Under the pieces are notes generated by a model. That model did no database searches and had not been told where the DNA came from. It worked only from the letters and a program-made list of their open reading frames with translations. This document shows, piece after piece, positions 57,866-64,000 of a DNA stretch of 64,000 nucleotides. The translations under genes were made by a program, and so were the position numbers. The DNA is from an uncultured Clostridia bacterium (lineage in GTDB: Bacteria; Bacillota; Clostridia; TANB77; CAG-508). The first letter of the stretch is position 1; the number at the start of each line of letters is the position of its first letter. The stretch covers positions 12,669-76,668 of the forward strand of contig CAKPRA010000001.1 in the NCBI GenBank assembly GCA_934180065.1, read 5' to 3'.

Positions 57866-59008
57866 CCCGAAGATATTTTTCTTTTTTATTGGTGGTTGCT
57901 CATTCATTGTTTTAGCAAGCTCTGTAAGTAAATCTCTTTGCTCCTTGCTTAAGCGTTTTGGAACTTGAACTTGAACTGCAAAAACAAAATTTCCCTGATT
58001 TGTAGAATTTAAGCTTTTAAAACCTTTATTTTTTATTGTAAATTTCGTACCAGTTTGAGTACCTTCAGGAATTTTGAAAATTTCCTTTGTTCCATCAACA
58101 AGAGGTATTTCAAGGTTTGCACCTAAAGTTGCTTGAGTAAATGTAATTGGAACTGTACAAAGTATGTCATTTCCGCTTCTTGTATATATACCACTTTTTC
58201 TTACTTTTACAACAATATATAAATCACCTCTTGGTCCACCTCTTGAACCAGCTTCACCTTCTCCTCTTAATACAATTGTCTGGTTATCATCAATTCCAGC
58301 TGGAATTTTAACTTTTATCTTTGCTTGTTTTCTAATCTTACCTTTTCCTTTACACTCATCACAAGGTTGCTTTATTACTTTACCTGTTCCGCCACAATTT
58401 GAACAAGTTCTTGTTGTTTGCATTTGTCCTAAGATTGTATTTTGGACCTGTCTTACTTGACCTGTTCCATTACACATTGTACATTTATCAATTACAGTTC
58501 CTGGTCTAGCTCCATTTCCGCCACAGCTTGGACATGTTTCACTACGTGTAATTACAATTTCTTTTTCTATTCCTAAAAAAGATTCTTCAAAAGTAATTTC
58601 AACAACATTCTTTAAATCTGCACCTTGTACAGGGCCATTATTATTTTTTCTAGAGCTTCTACCTCCAAATCCACCTCCAAAGAAAGATGAAAAGATATCT
58701 CCTAAATCACCAAAATCTGAGAATCCATCAAATCCTGATGAATAATAATTGGCACCTCCAGCACCACCTCCAAATCCAGCAGGTCCTTCTGGACCAAATT
58801 GATCATACATTTTTCTTTTTTGCGGATTTGATAGAGTTTCATATGCTTCATTTATTTCTTTAAACTTCTTTTCAGCTTCTTCTTTATTATCAGGATTAGC
58901 ATCAGGATGATATTGTTTTGCAAGTTTTCTATATGCTCTTTTTAGTTCATCATCTGTTGCAGTCTTGCTAACACCTAAAACATCGTAATAATCTCTTTTC
59001 TGCGCCAT
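57860..59008 (-). CDS. dnaJ: Chaperone DnaJ
   Basis: J domain (DYYDVLGV...HPD), a G/F region and four CxxCxGxG zinc motifs. Confidence 0.96.
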   Translation of the reverse strand: MAQKRDYYDVLGVSKTATDDELKRAYRKLAKQYHPDANPDNKEEAEKKFKEINEAYETLSNPQKRKMYDQFGPEGPAGFGGGAGGANYYSSGFDGFSDFGDLGDIFSSFFGGGFGGRSSRKNNNGPVQGADLKNVVEITFEESFLGIEKEIVITRSETCPSCGGNGARPGTVIDKCTMCNGTGQVRQVQNTILGQMQTTRTCSNCGGTGKVIKQPCDECKGKGKIRKQAKIKVKIPAGIDDNQTIVLRGEGEAGSRGGPRGDLYIVVKVRKSGIYTRSGNDILCTVPITFTQATLGANLEIPLVDGTKEIFKIPEGTQTGTKFTIKNKGFKSLNSTNQGNFVFAVQVQVPKRLSKEQRDLLTELAKTMNEQPPIKKKNIFGF

Positions 59009-59045
59009 ATAAATTATTCCTTTCTTGTGAGGGAAGAGGAAAAAA

Positions 59046-59177
59046 GGGAAAAGGGGACGGTTCTAAAATCCCAATTATGGGAAAAAGGGACACTTTTTAA
59101 TTAATTTAGTTTAATTTTAATATTCAGGAGTGTCCCCTTTTCCCATAATTGGGATTTTAGAACCGTCCCCTTTTCCC
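59046..59177. repeat. Giant hairpin built from two inverted REP-like units (48-nt arms, 36-nt loop)
   Basis: Arms 59046-59093 and 59130-59177 are reverse complements with one mismatch. They are flanked by purine and pyrimidine tracts. Confidence 0.85.
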
Positions 59178-59215
59178 CTTTCCTTTTTCCTTTTCTTTTT
59201 TCTTTTCTATTTTAA

Positions 59216-59256
59216 AAGTGAGACACTTTAAGATGTCTCTTTCTTATGTCTCACTT
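59216..59256 (-). terminator. Hairpin just 3' of dnaK
   Basis: 9-bp stem aagtgagac / gtctcactt with a weak U-tract. Confidence 0.35.
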
Positions 59257-59267
59257 CCTTTTAACTA

Positions 59268-61142
<1,875 letters not shown>

Positions 61143-61224
61143 CTATATAGAATAAATTAAAAATATTTTAATCTTTTATTCTTTTGTATATATATCAACT
61201 AATAGTTTAACTATTAGATAATAA

Positions 61225-61746
61225 CTAGTTAGCCACAACGACTAAAGAATGTCTTATAACTTTATCACCAATCATATATCCTTTTCTGTATTCTTCTTTT
61301 ATTTCTTGAACACCTAAATTAGGATCTACAACAGATGTAATTGCTTCATGTAGTTCAGGATTAAATTGCTTTCCTACAGACTCAATTTCAGTAACACCAT
61401 TTGATGTTAAAACATCTTTAAATTGTTTTAAAACAAGTTCAATTCCTTCTTTAAATTTTTCATCTTCAGTTTTTGTTTGAACTGCTTTTTCCAAATTATC
61501 TATAATTGGTAAAAATGATGAAACAATATCGCCCATTATTGAGCTATATAAATTTTCTCTTTCTTTGCTACTTCTTTTTTTAAAGTTATCAAACTCTGCC
61601 ATTAATCTTTTGATTCTATCGTCTTTTTCTTCAATATCTTTTTTCTGAGTTTCAATTAAAACTTTAATTTTTTCTAAATCCTTCTTATTTTTTAAATCTG
61701 CCATTTCTCCGTTAGACTCAATATTTTCTTCATTTATTTCGTCCAT
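61225..61746 (-). CDS. grpE: Nucleotide exchange factor GrpE
   Basis: RLMAEFDNFKKR motif, with operon position. Confidence 0.9.
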   Translation of the reverse strand: MDEINEENIESNGEMADLKNKKDLEKIKVLIETQKKDIEEKDDRIKRLMAEFDNFKKRSSKERENLYSSIMGDIVSSFLPIIDNLEKAVQTKTEDEKFKEGIELVLKQFKDVLTSNGVTEIESVGKQFNPELHEAITSVVDPNLGVQEIKEEYRKGYMIGDKVIRHSLVVVAN

Positions 61747-62759
61747 TATATTCCTCCTTTTTCGATAAGTTTTTGTATATATCTCATTACTGAAATAACT
61801 TTAGAATAATTCATTCTTTTAGGTCCTATGATTCCAATTGTACCTATATCATTATCATCACCTTTTAAAGTAACAATACTGAAATCTTTTAAGCTTTCAT
61901 CATTAAGCTCTTCTCCTATATAAACATTTATATCTTTTGAAATTTCGTTATTTAATAAATCAACAACCTCAGCCTTATTTTCCAGAATATTAATAAAATT
62001 TCTCGCTGTTTCAGCCTTTCTTAGCTCTGGTAAATCAAATGACTTATTGGTTCCCTCTAAATAAAGTTTTGATTCTTCATTAATAACTTTATTTAATTGA
62101 TTTATAATAGCTCTAATCATATTGGCACTTGATTCCATTTCTGAGAAAATATATTCATCTATAGGTTCATTTATTTGCTCTAATGGTTTTCCTTGTAACT
62201 TACTATTAAATAATAAATTAATAGTTTCTATCTGATCTTCATATATATCTTCTTCAAAATTTATAATTGTTTCTTTAATCATACCAGTATTAGTTAATAT
62301 TACTGCCATAAGCATTCTATTTCCAAGTAAAATAAATTTAATTTCTTTAATTATTTGCTTAGTAACTTTAGGACCTATAGCCACTGTTGTATAATGAGTC
62401 ACTTCAGATAATGTATTTGTAGCAATTTTAATCAAATCCTCAATTTGACTTGCTTTAATTTGTAGTTTATCTCTTATATATGTTATTTCTTCCATGCTTA
62501 TATTATCTTCTTTCAACAACTCATCAACATACAATCTATAACCTTTTACTGATGGAATTCTTCCACTTGAAGTATGTGTTTTTTCAAGATAACCACCCTT
62601 TTCAAGTTCAGACATTTCATTTCTTATTGTTGCACTACTATATTCTAAGCCTTTTTTCTTAGATATGCTTCCTGAACTTACAGGCTCCGCTGTATTTACA
62701 TATTCATCTACTATTGCTTGTAAAATACGTTTTTTTCTGTCATCTAACAATTTTTTCAC
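61746..62759 (-). CDS. hrcA: Heat-inducible transcription repressor HrcA
   Basis: RKKRILQAIVDEYVNTAEPVSS wHTH N-terminus, with operon position. Confidence 0.9.
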   Translation of the reverse strand: MKKLLDDRKKRILQAIVDEYVNTAEPVSSGSISKKKGLEYSSATIRNEMSELEKGGYLEKTHTSSGRIPSVKGYRLYVDELLKEDNISMEEITYIRDKLQIKASQIEDLIKIATNTLSEVTHYTTVAIGPKVTKQIIKEIKFILLGNRMLMAVILTNTGMIKETIINFEEDIYEDQIETINLLFNSKLQGKPLEQINEPIDEYIFSEMESSANMIRAIINQLNKVINEESKLYLEGTNKSFDLPELRKAETARNFINILENKAEVVDLLNNEISKDINVYIGEELNDESLKDFSIVTLKGDDNDIGTIGIIGPKRMNYSKVISVMRYIQKLIEKGGI

Positions 62760-62766
62760 CCTCTTT

Positions 62767-62793
62767 TTAGCAGTCTTTTTATCTGAGTGCTAA
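62767..62793. promoter_or_regulatory. CIRCE operator of the hrcA operon
   Basis: ttagcagtc-tttttatct-gagtgctaa matches TTAGCACTC-N9-GAGTGCTAA at 17/18 positions. Confidence 0.85.
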
Positions 62794-62912
62794 ACTGTGT
62801 ATATATTATATCCAAAAACGATGAATGTCAATACCTAATTTAAGTAATTTTGTGAATTTTTTGTGTACAAGTTACTATTCACAAATAAGAATCAATTTAA
62901 TTTACTACAATA

Positions 62913-63238
62913 GGATATGTAGATATATATATTAAAAAAAATGACGCGCAGTTTGGGAGCTTTTAGATAAGCTCTTAATACCACAAACTTAAAACGAGGG
63001 CACTTCCACTCTCACACCACCTTGTATGGGCGACCAGCAAGTCATGTATTTTTAATATATATATCTACATATCCGGCCTCTATAAAAACATTAAATAAAA
63101 AAATATAACGCGCAGTTTGGGAGCTTTTAGATAAGCTCTTAATACCACAAACTTAAAACGAGGGCACTTCCACTCTCACACCACCTTGTATGGGCGACCA
63201 GCAAGTCATGTATTTTTAATATATATATCTACATATCC
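62913..63238 (+). repeat. Structured element family, locus C: left arm plus two near-identical 164-nt units
   Basis: 26-bp perfect arms 62913-62938 / 63049-63074. The second unit has its right arm at 63213-63238. Confidence 0.8.
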
Positions 63239-63272
63239 GGCCTCTATAAGAACATTAAATAAAAAAACATCC

Positions 63273-63298
63273 AAAAAAAAACTGGAATAAAATCCCAG
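63273..63298 (-). terminator. Terminator after the small membrane protein gene
   Basis: On the minus strand: ctggga tttta ttccag followed by a T8 tract. Confidence 0.6.
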
Positions 63299-63300
63299 CT

Positions 63301-63504
63301 TTACTTGAATAGCCATACTAAAACTATTATGACTATTATTGATAATATGGCCCGAGCTCCGATTCTCGAAACTCCATGGGCAGTAAAAATCCCCATTATC
63401 AGCTCTCCAATCCATCTAAAGATGGGAGCAAATAAGAGATTCCAACCAGCTCTTATGAAAGCAATAACAGCCCATATTATCAAAAATGCTATAAAGTATC
63501 CCAT
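63301..63504 (-). CDS. Small 2-TM membrane protein
   Basis: Hydrophobic ORF. The ATG at 63504 follows an AAGGGGG SD. Confidence 0.5.
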   Translation of the reverse strand: MGYFIAFLIIWAVIAFIRAGWNLLFAPIFRWIGELIMGIFTAHGVSRIGARAILSIIVIIVLVWLFK

Positions 63505-63578
63505 GAAAGGATACCCCCTTTCTACTTGTAGTTTTAATTTAGCATACAATTATATTTTACCATTATTTTTTATTTATG

Positions 63579-64000
63579 TCAACTAATTAAACCTACTACA
63601 ATTCCTATTAGAGCTCCAACAACCACTTGCATTGGCGTATGCCCTAATACTTCAACTAATCTCTCAGAAACTTCAACTCCAGTTAAACCAGGAGTTTCAA
63701 CAATTTTATTTAATAATTTTGCTTGTTTTCCAGCAGCTCTTCTAACACCAGCTGCATCATACATAACAATACAAGCAAAAATAAGTGACATTGCAAACAT
63801 TGGAGATTGAACTCCAAATTCTTTTCCTATCATCGTTGAAAGTGTTGTTACTACTGCTGAATGAGAGCTAGGCATACCTCCTGCTCCCATAATTCTTTTA
63901 AAGTTAAATTTCTTTGTTTTTACCAAATCAAATATTACCTTGAAAGCTTGTATAAAAAACCATACACCAATCGGTAAAATTATAAATTTATATTCTTGAA
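63579..64000 (-). CDS. Divergent PAP2 / DUF212 (YuiD-like) membrane protein, N-terminus outside the window
   Basis: GGMPSSHSAVVTTL...YDAAGVRRAAGKQA motif. The frame stays open to the window edge. Confidence 0.75.
   Translation of the reverse strand, partial: QEYKFIILPIGVWFFIQAFKVIFDLVKTKKFNFKRIMGAGGMPSSHSAVVTTLSTMIGKEFGVQSPMFAMSLIFACIVMYDAAGVRRAAGKQAKLLNKIVETPGLTGVEVSERLVEVLGHTPMQVVVGALIGIVVGLIS

Noticed and set aside
62913-63238. The tandem 164-170-nt units might be a CRISPR-like array.
   Set aside because: The units are contiguous with no unique spacers. The period is far longer than CRISPR repeat-plus-spacer units, and no cas genes are present.

Overview
This is a very AT-rich chromosomal segment from a spore-forming, Clostridia-like Firmicute (SpoIVA, a SpoVB/MurJ-like flippase, a BofC-like protein and a DpaA remnant are present). 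The backbone is housekeeping. It carries mutS2 (5' partial), the str operon rpsL-rpsG-fusA-tuf, topB, a ClpE-type AAA+ chaperone, pgsA, comEC, an SH3b-NlpC/P60 hydrolase and hup. It also carries rluD-rluB, lspA, pflA, rpsF-ssb-rpsR, mscL, htpG, three tRNAs (CAT, Tyr-GTA, Leu-CAA), spoIVA, glk, ppa and a CIRCE-controlled hrcA-grpE-dnaK-dnaJ operon. Several things are not explained by that annotation. (1) At 8.3-16.0 kb there is a six-gene minus-strand operon made of three iterations of a hand-found ~50-55 aa helical protein followed by a large K/E-rich protein of 717, 1207 or 368 aa. I recognise no domain in any of them. (2) A ~160-nt structured element has a conserved ~110-nt core clamped by a 24-26 bp AT-rich inverted repeat. 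It occurs as tandem dimers at three loci (19.5, 30.0 and 62.9 kb) and shows compensatory changes in its stems. (3) A GC-rich REP-like repeat family (GGGACGGTTCT...AGGGACAC) forms a 48-bp-arm hairpin between dnaK and dnaJ and supplies the last 13 codons of mutS2. (4) An orphan type-IV-coupling-protein-like ATPase lies convergent with a Replic_Relax-like gene that is fused into a housekeeping operon. (5) An Abi_2 (AbiD/F-like) gene is flanked by two copies of a 37-nt hairpin motif in a ToxIN-like promoter-RNA-terminator-toxin layout. (6) dpaA carries a +1 frameshift and has no dpaB beside it. I saw no CRISPR array, rRNA, transposase or integrase. All product calls come from motif recognition by eye, and no database search was possible.
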